A stretch of 64,000 bases of DNA from a virus, in IMG/VR virus record IMGVR_UViG_3300031965_000022, positions 1 to 64,000 of that record. One strand, given 5' to 3'. Shown piece after piece: positions 1 through 8,079 of this stretch. Every line of letters starts with the position of its first letter. Positions within the stretch are counted from its first letter, which is position 1. Both the position numbers and the translations under genes were made by a program. The notes under the pieces are model-generated. The model saw nothing but the letters and a program-made list of their open reading frames with translations. It was not told the DNA's origin and ran no database searches.

Positions 1-17
1 CGCTTTTTGGTTTCCAT
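1..17 (-). CDS. 5' end of a gene running off the left edge (METKK...)
   Basis: ATG at 17-15 preceded by GAGGAGGA and by motif near-copy 37-62; only 5 codons visible. Confidence 0.3.
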
Positions 18-36
18 GTTTTCCTCCTCACCCTAA

Positions 37-62
37 GATGCAACCCCAGCTCTAGAGGTTGC
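37..62 (-). promoter_or_regulatory. near-copy of phage bipartite motif (CAACCT-N14-GCATC on minus strand)
   Basis: plus strand GATGC(37-41)-N14-AGGTTG(56-61); one mismatch to consensus; 19 nt upstream of ATG at 17. Confidence 0.4.
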
Positions 63-606
63 TTGTCTCCTCTGCCGCCTCGATCCCGATACAACAGGCG
101 CGTTGCAGCACCATATCGCCCGCCCCCTCCGGCATCGTCCTCGCCACCAGCGCCGCTGCCTCCCCCGCCCACTTTGCCTCCGTTATCCGCGCCGATGTCC
201 ACACCGCCCACAGCGTTGCCAAGGACGCTTCTTCTAGTGTCCGAACAGATCGGCACTGCGTTCGCACCTCTACAGACAACTCAGGTAGTTCTGCGATGAT
301 CTCTCGTACTGTCCGCAGTACAACAATCTGTGTCCACGCCTTCTGTCGTGTCTGCGACCACGCCTGAGAACCCCACAACGCCGCCAACAGCGGAAGCATT
401 TCCCTTGTGCGAATTCCATCATTTGAGAATCCATCATTCAAAAGGCGCACGTCAAACATGGTCACAGGCTGGCCACTCCATTCCCTTCCCTCCACCTGGG
501 AGACAAATTCCAGGGCACAGAACTCCCGACCCGGAGGATGGCTTCCCTTTCGTAACAACCCCTCGTCTAACTCCGCCAACTTCTCACGTAACATTTCAAT
601 TGTCAT
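52..606 (-). CDS. hypothetical protein
   Basis: ORF track 52..666; start moved to ATG 606 (MTIEMLREK) with AAGGAGG 5 nt upstream. Confidence 0.6.
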   Translation of the reverse strand: MTIEMLREKLAELDEGLLRKGSHPPGREFCALEFVSQVEGREWSGQPVTMFDVRLLNDGFSNDGIRTREMLPLLAALWGSQAWSQTRQKAWTQIVVLRTVREIIAELPELSVEVRTQCRSVRTLEEASLATLWAVWTSARITEAKWAGEAAALVARTMPEGAGDMVLQRACCIGIEAAEETSNL

Positions 607-625
607 TCGCGCCTCCTTTGTCAGA

Positions 626-748
626 TTAGGACACAAAAACCGCCCGCCCATGCTCCACAAGATCATCCAGAAACGACCTCACCTGATAATCCATGAAGGC
701 CCACCGCGCCAGCACCTCATCCTGGTCCCCCCGGATGCCCAACCTCAT
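626..748 (-). CDS. hypothetical small protein (40 aa)
   Basis: frame of ORF 626..832; ATG 748 overlaps stop of 745..951 (ATGA). Confidence 0.4.
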   Translation of the reverse strand: MRLGIRGDQDEVLARWAFMDYQVRSFLDDLVEHGRAVFVS

Positions 749-951
749 TTGGCCCCCAGTGCGGCCCTTGCCGCTGACAGCGCCGTGATTAAGCGGTTCA
801 TTTCCGGGGCGCGTTGTAGGTAAATCTCCCACCCCGGCTCCCCATGAAAGGTGCGGATGATGCCGATTGACTCTTCGGAGACTTTGAGCAAATCCGCAAG
901 GGCTTGGGCGAAGTACTCAGGGCTTCCGAGTTGAGGTGATCCTGCCGTCAT
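745..951 (-). CDS. hypothetical protein
   Basis: ORF track; ATGA overlap with stop of 948..1289; G9 run upstream acts as SD-like element. Confidence 0.55.
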   Translation of the reverse strand: MTAGSPQLGSPEYFAQALADLLKVSEESIGIIRTFHGEPGWEIYLQRAPEMNRLITALSAARAALGAK

Positions 952-1289
952 TGCTTTACTACCCCCCCCCTCAGTGCTGCATGGAGCGCCTTAAACTCCG
1001 GCGTGACCCGCAGCACGGTGTAAATCGCCTTGGCTTCGATGCGGTCGCAAAGCGCCTTTGCTAGAGTTTCCAACTGTTCGATTCGTTCCAGGTTGCCCAG
1101 ATAACCTGCCTCTGCGTTTTCATAATCCTGCTTTGTACACTCAACGCATACCGGGCAGAAAAGCTCGTATGCATCCGTGTGCAGGCACAGCTCTTGCCCG
1201 ATCGGGGCAATGCAATCGGGGCAAGCAACATGGCCTGCCCCTGCGGGTTGCGGTACTCTCCGTAATCCGTCACAGGTTCCGCACCTCAT
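948..1289 (-). CDS. Cys-rich zinc-ribbon-like protein
   Basis: CGTC...CPDC...CPVCVEC cysteine pairs in N-terminal half; ATGA coupling to upstream gene. Confidence 0.6.
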   Translation of the reverse strand: MRCGTCDGLRRVPQPAGAGHVACPDCIAPIGQELCLHTDAYELFCPVCVECTKQDYENAEAGYLGNLERIEQLETLAKALCDRIEAKAIYTVLRVTPEFKALHAALRGGVVKQ

Positions 1290-1618
1290 GCCTTTGCCTC
1301 CTTCTGCAAGCTCTTCAAGAGTGCGCAGCGTTCCTTCTCGGCCTTTTCCTCGTCAATCTCGAAGTATTCCGCCAAGAGGGTTGTAATAGGCCGATACACT
1401 GGTTGCCAGTGCGAGCCGGGACAAAAGCTCCCGCCGTCGCAAGGGCACTCTTTGATCTCTACATATTCCGCCAGGTGTATGCCCGCCGTTGGTAGCCACT
1501 CTAAAAACTCTCCAATTGCTTGCGACTCTTTGTGATGCGCCGCAATCTTGTCGAGTGTCGGTGTCCTGGGCGATTTAAGCTTTCCGGGAAGCATTGCCGT
1601 GTCGAATTTTCTTGTCAT
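1286..1618 (-). CDS. hypothetical protein
   Basis: ORF 1286..1741 trimmed to ATG 1618 (MTRKFD), which forms an ATGA overlap with stop of 1615..2445. Confidence 0.6.
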   Translation of the reverse strand: MTRKFDTAMLPGKLKSPRTPTLDKIAAHHKESQAIGEFLEWLPTAGIHLAEYVEIKECPCDGGSFCPGSHWQPVYRPITTLLAEYFEIDEEKAEKERCALLKSLQKEAKA

Positions 1619-2445
1619 GCCGCCACCTCCCGCAGTGCGGAGCCGTCCACGCACACAACCCCGGAGGATAGGCGAACCTCGTACATCCCGGACAACTGCC
1701 CCTCGCACACCTTGCCGATCGCGCCCTCGTAGCCGTTGCAAATAACACGGTCTCCGACGGCCCAGCGGCTTTTGCCGCTCTCTGCTAGCTCAATGGCGGC
1801 ACAGGCTGCGTCAATCTCAGGCCCATGCGTCCGGTTGTCGGTCGCCATGTCAAGCAACCCGCGAATCCCCGACAACAAACCGTCAAGGCGCGCTTGGTGC
1901 TTTCTGTGAATCTCGCCCCAGTTCACGCGGATATGTGCGGCAAGCCAGTGTTGTTTGCCGTCGTTAATATCGCCGGAGCATTCCGGGTTGCAAACCTGTT
2001 TCGGCTCATCCTCAATGGCGTACCTGTAGAGCACGTCGCAGGCTTCCTCAAATGCCTGCATGGATGCGAAGTACTGTCGGGAGGTAGTCGGCAGATCGTA
2101 CAGCCAAAAGTGACGGAATGGCCGTCCGTGCTCGACTGCCTTATTGACGGCTTCCTGGAGGATGCGGAACTTCCGTCCGTCCGCTTCCTTGCCCGTGGGG
2201 TTTACCTGGATAGCGTCTCCGGTCTCGAATTCATACCACTGATTCGAGTGAACCCGTAGCGTATAGGTTCCCTGGCCTGTCAAAAATAGCTTGCCGTCAG
2301 AGTCTTTTTCAAGGATTCTCCGGGCAAGTTCAACGTCCTCGATTGGCTCGGCTACAAAACCTCCATGAAGCGAGAATGAACGAACGTTTACCGCGCTCCG
2401 TAGGGCTGTTTTGGAGTGGCTTGAATTCTTTCGTATGCGTGTCAT
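1615..2445 (-). CDS. hypothetical protein
   Basis: ORF 1615..2613 trimmed to ATG 2445 (MTRIRKN); motif copy 2502-2527 lies 56 nt upstream. Confidence 0.65.
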   Translation of the reverse strand: MTRIRKNSSHSKTALRSAVNVRSFSLHGGFVAEPIEDVELARRILEKDSDGKLFLTGQGTYTLRVHSNQWYEFETGDAIQVNPTGKEADGRKFRILQEAVNKAVEHGRPFRHFWLYDLPTTSRQYFASMQAFEEACDVLYRYAIEDEPKQVCNPECSGDINDGKQHWLAAHIRVNWGEIHRKHQARLDGLLSGIRGLLDMATDNRTHGPEIDAACAAIELAESGKSRWAVGDRVICNGYEGAIGKVCEGQLSGMYEVRLSSGVVCVDGSALREVAA

Positions 2446-2497
2446 GCGTTCCCCCTTTCGAGCAGCAGGCGCTGGCGGATGATCTTGCACACTCAGG

Positions 2498-3061
2498 CTA
2501 GGATGCTTCCACCACCAACGGGGTTGTATCACCCAACCATGCAAGGGGAGGCATCTTTTGTTGTGATACTTCCCGGACGGGAAACCACACCTCCCCCTCC
2601 GGCCACGCCCCACCCCAACCCAGCCCCGGCTTTCCTTGCTGCATCCTTAAATTGCACACCCAACACACCGGCGTTACTTCCAAGGGCTTGAAATAATCCC
2701 GATGATCGTACACCTGAGCACGTTTTCCGCACCCCTGGGAACAAAACCCCCAAACAGTGTTGAGGTTCGGCAGCAGTCCCATTTTCACCGCCTTTGCCAC
2801 GCATTGATGCCCCCAATGCTGTAGCATTCCATAAGTCCACGGAAGCGTTCTCCAGGTGCTCGTCCCCGCTCCCTTACGAGGTACTAGCACTTTTACCTTT
2901 TTCTTGGCCCTCGACCCCCGTGAGGGTTCCATATACTTCACCCCACGCTGCGCGGCAGAAAGCATTTTGGGGGTTATGACAACCCCCTTAGCCTCCAAAC
3001 CCTGAAGCCACTTCATAGCAGCATACTCTCGCCCCCCACAGGGGAACCGAATTTGAATCAT
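2498..3061 (-). CDS. hypothetical protein, possible His-Me finger (HNH-like) nuclease
   Basis: C-x3-C ... DHRDY-x-KPL-x-V-x3-C-x2-CN resembles beta-beta-alpha-metal nucleases (recall only); GGAGG SD; sigma70-like promoter upstream. Confidence 0.45.
   Translation of the reverse strand: MIQIRFPCGGREYAAMKWLQGLEAKGVVITPKMLSAAQRGVKYMEPSRGSRAKKKVKVLVPRKGAGTSTWRTLPWTYGMLQHWGHQCVAKAVKMGLLPNLNTVWGFCSQGCGKRAQVYDHRDYFKPLEVTPVCWVCNLRMQQGKPGLGWGGAWPEGEVWFPVREVSQQKMPPLAWLGDTTPLVVEAS
2502..2527 (-). promoter_or_regulatory. phage bipartite motif CAACCC-N14-GCATC (candidate promoter)
   Basis: plus strand GATGC(2502-2506)-N14-GGGTTG(2521-2526); 56 nt upstream of ATG 2445. Confidence 0.6.
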
Positions 3062-3081
3062 AGATAGGAACCTCCAAAAAC

Positions 3082-3110
3082 AGCATACACCCCTATTTGT
3101 CTAAGATCAA
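3082..3110 (-). promoter_or_regulatory. sigma70-like promoter candidate
   Basis: minus strand TTGATC (3110-3105), 17-nt spacer, TATGCT (3087-3082), followed by GGAGG and ATG 3061. Confidence 0.35.
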
Positions 3111-3212
3111 TATAAGATATATATTGATAACAAAGAGAGTAGGGGTGTCTAAGTCTAAGCATAAACACACAATCAGTGTCAAAAAACTGACACCTGTGAC
3201 ACTTTTTGTCAC
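3106..3212. promoter_or_regulatory. cluster of inverted repeats in an AT-rich intergenic island (operator-like)
   Basis: ATCAATAT/ATATTGAT 3106-3128; GTGTCA-N6-TGACAC 3176-3193; GTGACA-N5-TGTCAC 3196-3212; direct GTCTAAG repeats around 3099-3160. Confidence 0.5.
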
Positions 3213-3304
3213 CCTTTCCGCCTCTGGTTGGGGCTTTGGTTGAAAATCGCTGAGGTTTGGGGGAGCCGAGCCGTTCCAAGGCTAGGCAGGGACGGTCTAA
3301 AAGT

Positions 3305-4120
3305 CTACCCCTCCTCATTCTGAGAGACACGCTCCCACCACGGCGGGCGGTCCCACCATTCCACCTCTTCTTCCCCGTCGGACCAAAAATCGACCGCCGG
3401 GTCACGTACAACAGGCAAAGATGCCCAATCCACTTTACACAAGCGCTCAATTACACATTCCAGATAATCTACCGCAAGGGTTTCCTGTGGCCTATGCTCG
3501 CAAGCATACCCTATACCCAGATTGCTACACTCTGGGATTATCTCGGTGTAGTTCGCAGAGTCAGTGAAGGTGCCGCTCCCCGGCTTATGGCCCAAGCCGA
3601 GAGCCTCTGCCAAGCCGAGGGCAAACTCCAAAGAACAACAAGGCCCATTCCACTGCTCGACAATAACATCCTCCGCCCCGCGACGGTCTAAGGAAAGGCA
3701 AATGTCAAACTTTTCGAGGATATGCGGATAGTGATAAGCCAAGTAATCACTTCCCTTCCCGCCGATTTCTTCTGCTCGGTGAAAAATGACCGAGACCGGA
3801 GCCTCCGCCTGGATCATCCGCAGCGCTGCATACACTCCTGCGCCGTCATCCGCTCCCAGGCAGTTAGACACCCTCTCCTTCGGGTGGAGAGACACAACCC
3901 CCTTGCGCTCCTGAATGCGCTGCATTCCCTCCGAGCGATGGACTGTATCAGTATGGACCGCAATCATTGTGCGGCTACCCTCACGAAGAAACAAACGGTT
4001 CCCATACTCATCCCGCTGGATGCCCGGCACCGAATCAATGAGGTGTCGGACGAACCGCTCCTCAGTTTTGCTGTATGCCGGACGGCGATAGGCAAGAATT
4101 TCAGCTAGTAATGGGTTCAC
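3305..4120 (-). CDS. clan MH (M20/M28/M42-like) zinc metallopeptidase
   Basis: metal-ligand style motifs HTDTV, GADDGAG, AEEIGGKG, later D and H; GTG start in GTGA overlap with upstream stop. Confidence 0.7.
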   Translation of the reverse strand: MNPLLAEILAYRRPAYSKTEERFVRHLIDSVPGIQRDEYGNRLFLREGSRTMIAVHTDTVHRSEGMQRIQERKGVVSLHPKERVSNCLGADDGAGVYAALRMIQAEAPVSVIFHRAEEIGGKGSDYLAYHYPHILEKFDICLSLDRRGAEDVIVEQWNGPCCSLEFALGLAEALGLGHKPGSGTFTDSANYTEIIPECSNLGIGYACEHRPQETLAVDYLECVIERLCKVDWASLPVVRDPAVDFWSDGEEEVEWWDRPPWWERVSQNEEG

Positions 4121-5247
4121 CCAGACACCTCCTCTTCCTCTACTTCCTCTTCCGGCTCACAGGTACAATCCTCTACCAGATTCTCACACTCTCCGCAGCG
4201 CTCACACTCGCAGTCATCCGCCAGCTTTCCGCATTCCCCGCAACGCGAGCATCGGCAAGCGGAGAAACGAGCATCCACAACCTGGTCGCATTCTGGACAA
4301 TACTCGCAGTCACAGATATCGTGGGTGCGGCAATTTTCGCAGTGCTCGCAAATCGTGCAAGCCTCACAGTAAGGGTAGTAGTTCTCCTCGCAGCACTCGC
4401 AAAAACTACACTGACAATCATCCTCATCGCGGTCGCAGCGCTCGCATTGTAGGAGGTCGGCGGTACTAGCTGTACCGTCCGTCCGATCCCCAACATAATC
4501 ACCACCCTCAGATTCCACTACCCAATAACCCCCCCTGAGGGAAACACTCATTCCCCCATTATCCAGGTACGGCAAGACTTCATCTCCGTGGCGCAAGGGC
4601 AGACGATTCAATCGGCTCCCGGTTAGCTCGCCAAAATGATATCCCTGCTCGCCCAAAAGAGTCCGCAGCATAGAACAGTACGCCTCTGCACCTCCGACCG
4701 CATAAAGGCGCACGTATCGACTATCCTTTGTCGATACCACGGACCTGGCAACAATGTTACCGTATTGCATCAGGTACGCGACCGCCACGTCCGGGGAATC
4801 TGCATACACATGGTATGGCCTATGCTCCCAGGACGTAAATTTTCCGTGCATACAGGACACAGTTGTAGAGTCACACGGACACATCGCGGTCTCAAAGATG
4901 CGGTCAATGGTTTCCCTATCACTCGCAAACCGCAGCACGTACTCGTCTGCAGTCTCAACATAAGCCACGGCTGCGCGGAGTGCTACCACCCTCCGTTGTG
5001 TCTCACAGTCGCTCAGAGCGGGGAAGTACCTCTTTAGATACCTCCCGAACTTCATCCTCGTTTGCCGATCCCGCTCGCCATGCGGAGCGGAGGCAGTGAA
5101 GGCGACCATTTCGGGCGCACCATCCGTAGTAGATAGGTGTAGGAAGTGCTCTGGCTCAATTTCCAAACCACCCACCGCCTCCGAGGGAATCGGTTTGTAT
5201 TCCCCTGAGATGAGGCGGGCTTGTTCACGTGCCTGCCAAGGTTCCAT
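4117..5247 (-). CDS. hypothetical protein with extremely Cys-rich acidic C-terminal tail
   Basis: ORF 4117..5283; ATG 5247 (MEPWQ) follows a G10 SD-like run, alternative ATG 5283; last 109 aa hold 26 Cys, mostly as CxxC. Confidence 0.7.
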   Translation of the reverse strand: MEPWQAREQARLISGEYKPIPSEAVGGLEIEPEHFLHLSTTDGAPEMVAFTASAPHGERDRQTRMKFGRYLKRYFPALSDCETQRRVVALRAAVAYVETADEYVLRFASDRETIDRIFETAMCPCDSTTVSCMHGKFTSWEHRPYHVYADSPDVAVAYLMQYGNIVARSVVSTKDSRYVRLYAVGGAEAYCSMLRTLLGEQGYHFGELTGSRLNRLPLRHGDEVLPYLDNGGMSVSLRGGYWVVESEGGDYVGDRTDGTASTADLLQCERCDRDEDDCQCSFCECCEENYYPYCEACTICEHCENCRTHDICDCEYCPECDQVVDARFSACRCSRCGECGKLADDCECERCGECENLVEDCTCEPEEEVEEEEVSG

Positions 5248-5297
5248 TATTCCCCCCCCCCTTCGGTATGACGCTCGTACCATTTAGCGTTGTTGGG

Positions 5298-5357
5298 TTA
5301 TTCACACGCTACTTGCATCAGGGACGCTAGTTCCTTGTAGAGCGGACGTGTCATCAT
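5298..5357 (-). CDS. micro-ORF (19 aa, MMTRPLYKELASLMQVACE)
   Basis: AGGAGGG SD; 37 nt downstream of motif copy 5395-5420; too short to judge. Confidence 0.2.
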   Translation of the reverse strand: MMTRPLYKELASLMQVACE

Positions 5358-5394
5358 TGTTGCCCTCCTACTTTGGCGATTCGGACACCCATAC

Positions 5395-5420
5395 GATGCG
5401 CGGGTGCGTCGTGGGGTTGC
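5395..5420 (-). promoter_or_regulatory. phage bipartite motif CAACCC-N14-GCATC (candidate promoter)
   Basis: GATGC(5395-5399)-N14-GGGTTG(5414-5419). Confidence 0.55.
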
Positions 5421-6001
5421 CCAGGCCGCAGCCGCAGCCCGCCGGCCTGGCTGCGACCGCACCCGCACCCATCTCGTGGCTGCTACTTCGTACCGAAGAA
5501 ACCCCTTACCCCCCAGGAACGCAAAGGTCTAACGTCAGACCTTAGCGGTAGCTGCGATCCCCGGGGCGGTGGCACTCCGGCCTGGTGCAGCCCCGTGGCT
5601 GCGGCCATGCCGAGGCTTCCACCCCAGCCCTTAGGTGTGTGTGTGATGGTACCGCCCCCAGCACCACATGCCATTTTGGGCGGGCAACCTGCTTCAACGG
5701 CCATCACTCCACCTCTCTGGTTGGGACCACAAGATGTTGTGGGTCGACAGAGGCGGTGGCACAACCCGTCCGGGGTCCCAGGGTGGGGGCCGCCCAGCGG
5801 GGGCAACTCCGGGTCCTTCGCGGGACCCCCCGAAGGGGTACCTAAATTGTTACGGGGTGTGTGAGTTGGGGTGGGTTGGTGGAGGTTGCCATCTTTGGGA
5901 GGGTGGTTGGGCAGATTTTGCACCGCCGCTGCACAACTCTGACTGTAAGTTGTTGATAATTGCGGGGGGCTGGAAAGTTGGTGGGGTACCCTGGGAGGTA
6001 C
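5421..6001 (-). ncRNA. candidate large structured non-coding RNA or long structured intergenic region
   Basis: ~580 nt between two complete genes; only Pro/Gly-rich SD-less ORFs open in five frames; at least 7 tight GC hairpins including a nested helix at 5709-5759. Confidence 0.3.
5486..5507 (-). repeat. copy of AAGGGGTTTC-N-GGTACGAAG element
   Basis: plus CTTCGTACCGAAGAAACCCCTT; same element occurs three times at 49861-50003. Confidence 0.6.
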
Positions 6002-6304
6002 CTATGTAGTGGTTGGGGGCGTGTTGGCGATTTCCAACAGAGAATCCCCATGACAAGCCCTAGGAGCACACCAGCATCCAAAGACCTCGTTGGGGCGCTT
6101 TACGATCTCCTCACGGACCTTTCGTCGGTCGTACCCACGAATTACGTCAGGCCCGAAAACACCTGTAATCCAGTGGCGGTGTTTCAGAACGACCTCTTTT
6201 CGGGTCCCATCAACGCCAATCCTAAAGGGATTACCAAAGAGGGTGGTGCGGTCTATCAACAGGTCGTAGGGTTCTCGCTTGCAGTGAACTACTTTGGCGG
6301 GCAT
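6002..6304 (-). CDS. DUF4326-like protein
   Basis: KVVHCKREPYD..GNPF..CWC.P..CHGD pattern recalled for DUF4326; TAATG coupling. Confidence 0.7.
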   Translation of the reverse strand: MPAKVVHCKREPYDLLIDRTTLFGNPFRIGVDGTRKEVVLKHRHWITGVFGPDVIRGYDRRKVREEIVKRPNEVFGCWCAPRACHGDSLLEIANTPPTTT

Positions 6305-6648
6305 TATACCAACCTCCTCGTCGCCTCGTCCGGCACCACTGACTCATCTTGGTGACGCTTGCGCCAATCCCGAGGTGAGACGAACCCGGCGGTCTTCATC
6401 GGACCTTGTTCGGTGAGGATGAATGCCATATCTGTCATGGCGCTCAGACTCGGACCCGACTCCTTACGGCTGTAGGCGCTGCACCGGACGATCTGATCTT
6501 TAATCGGCGCTGGATTATCCCAGGAGACGCCGTGGCACCAGATACGCTCCCCTTGGCTCTCGCCCTGCATAATGACCGCGTGGTTGCAAGAGTCGCAGAG
6601 ACGCTTGGAGGGGGTGGTGCCGGAGCGGACGTTGAAGTGGATGCTCAC
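6304..6648 (-). CDS. hypothetical protein
   Basis: ORF 6304..6705 trimmed to GTG 6648, which forms a GTGA overlap with stop of 6645..6812. Confidence 0.55.
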   Translation of the reverse strand: MSIHFNVRSGTTPSKRLCDSCNHAVIMQGESQGERIWCHGVSWDNPAPIKDQIVRCSAYSRKESGPSLSAMTDMAFILTEQGPMKTAGFVSPRDWRKRHQDESVVPDEATRRLV

Positions 6649-6812
6649 TGGATCGTCTCCTTTTTGGCTCCCGGCGTCATCTTGGTGCCGCAGAAGCAAC
6701 AACAAGTCAACATTGGCGCATCCTCAGCTTGGCACAAGATAAGGCGCGTGCAGTGTGGGCAGAGGGCCGCAGCGAGGTGGAGCAGTCCGATGGGGCGATC
6801 ATCGGTGCTCAC
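6645..6812 (-). CDS. small Cys-rich protein (CPHC...CCCFC)
   Basis: ORF 6645..6848 trimmed to GTG 6812 (GTGA overlap with phosphoesterase stop, GGAGGG SD). Confidence 0.4.
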   Translation of the reverse strand: MSTDDRPIGLLHLAAALCPHCTRLILCQAEDAPMLTCCCFCGTKMTPGAKKETIQ

Positions 6813-7924
6813 TCCGCCCTCCACGCTGTCCAACAAAACGCCCCCCACCGGGGATGACTCAAAAAGCTAACCTGTGCGGGCGCGGAGTGCCGTCCGACCC
6901 CATGATCGAACTCGCTGGTGCCACTTAGCGAGCCGTTCACCAAAATCCCCCCCTCAATGATGGCTGGCACATGAAAGTGCCCAAGGGTGAGGTAGTCAAA
7001 CGCAATCTCTGGGCGGCGCATCCGCTTGAACCCCTCCCGCAGAGTGTGACGTGACATCCCCATATAGGGGATTCCCTGCCACGACTTGATGGTGTCGCCG
7101 TGTTCTGCCAAATACTTCACGCCGTCCAGGTTGACGACGTGCCGGAGCCCAGCGGGGAACTCGATGTCCACATTCTTGAGGGCGCTGAGGCGGGCATTCG
7201 CCACGGTGTAGACAAGGAAGCTCATGTTATTGGCCGACTTCTGTTTGAACTGCGGCTTGGGCTGGAGCCTGCCGTGGTTGTCAGCCCCCACTTCTACCAC
7301 CTTCACGTGCTGGAAGTGCGGGGCTAACTTGATAACCGCCTCCGCGAAGAGGTGTCCTGCGTTTGCGGCTTGCACCGGAAGCGGAAACTCATTGGTCCTC
7401 AACAGTTCGCTGTGGATGTCCCCTGACACCCAATCCCCAAGGCCGAGAATGCACAGGCGGGGGATGTTAAAGCTGGCGCGAAACATCTCTACCTGCTCTA
7501 GGAACTTTGTGGTGATGCGGTCCACCCGCTGTTGGGCGATAGCCCAGTTGAAGGTGCCGAAACCTTCTGTCTCATCCGCCTCGATCACCTCCCCGATATG
7601 CCAATCGGATAGCATCAAGACGGCGGTGAGGGGGCTGTGCTCCGAGGCAGTGGGTGTGAAGTTCAGAGGTGGGGGGTCGGCTGCGGTAACAGCCGATGCG
7701 ATCTGGTCAGTCAACTCACGTAGGAAGCCCCGGCTTTTCCGAAGTCTGGTGTTGTCGGCGGTCAGGCGCTTGATCTCCGTGCGGAGGTGCGCCTCCCTCT
7801 CAGTTGGGGGTAGGGTGTCACTTGTGGCAGATCGTGCAGATGCACACTGCGGACACTTCAGTACGTCCTGACGGAACACCTTTTCTTTATTACAGCTTGG
7901 ACAAAGACGTTTAACAGCTTTCAT
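6809..7924 (-). CDS. calcineurin-like metallophosphoesterase with N-terminal zinc ribbon
   Basis: SDWHIG, GLGDW, GADNHG, GHFH motifs in canonical order; CPSC...CPQC at N-terminus; ATG 7924 in ATGA overlap, AAGGAG SD. Confidence 0.75.
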   Translation of the reverse strand: MKAVKRLCPSCNKEKVFRQDVLKCPQCASARSATSDTLPPTEREAHLRTEIKRLTADNTRLRKSRGFLRELTDQIASAVTAADPPPLNFTPTASEHSPLTAVLMLSDWHIGEVIEADETEGFGTFNWAIAQQRVDRITTKFLEQVEMFRASFNIPRLCILGLGDWVSGDIHSELLRTNEFPLPVQAANAGHLFAEAVIKLAPHFQHVKVVEVGADNHGRLQPKPQFKQKSANNMSFLVYTVANARLSALKNVDIEFPAGLRHVVNLDGVKYLAEHGDTIKSWQGIPYMGMSRHTLREGFKRMRRPEIAFDYLTLGHFHVPAIIEGGILVNGSLSGTSEFDHGVGRHSAPAQVSFLSHPRWGAFCWTAWRAE

Positions 7925-8079
7925 TGGCTCTCCTTTCGCCACGATCCATCCGATTGTACTACATAAACGGTGCCATTGGCGGCTACCACCTGAGCGCCGG
8001 GTGGGAAGCCAGTCCCCTTTAGGGGGTGCCGCTTGGACTTCTTCACGATTTGTGGGGGCTTTGGAATTTTAATGGGCAT
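7921..8079 (-). CDS. hypothetical small protein (52 aa)
   Basis: ATG 8079 (MPIKIPK) with AAGGAGG 6 nt upstream. Confidence 0.5.
   Translation of the reverse strand: MPIKIPKPPQIVKKSKRHPLKGTGFPPGAQVVAANGTVYVVQSDGSWRKESQ

Noticed and set aside
5348-6081. Five overlapping Pro/Gly-rich ORFs (63-163 aa) on both strands
   Set aside because: Several frames are open at once, none has an SD, and composition is extreme. This is the typical artefact of GC-rich non-coding sequence, so the region is treated as a candidate RNA or regulatory region.
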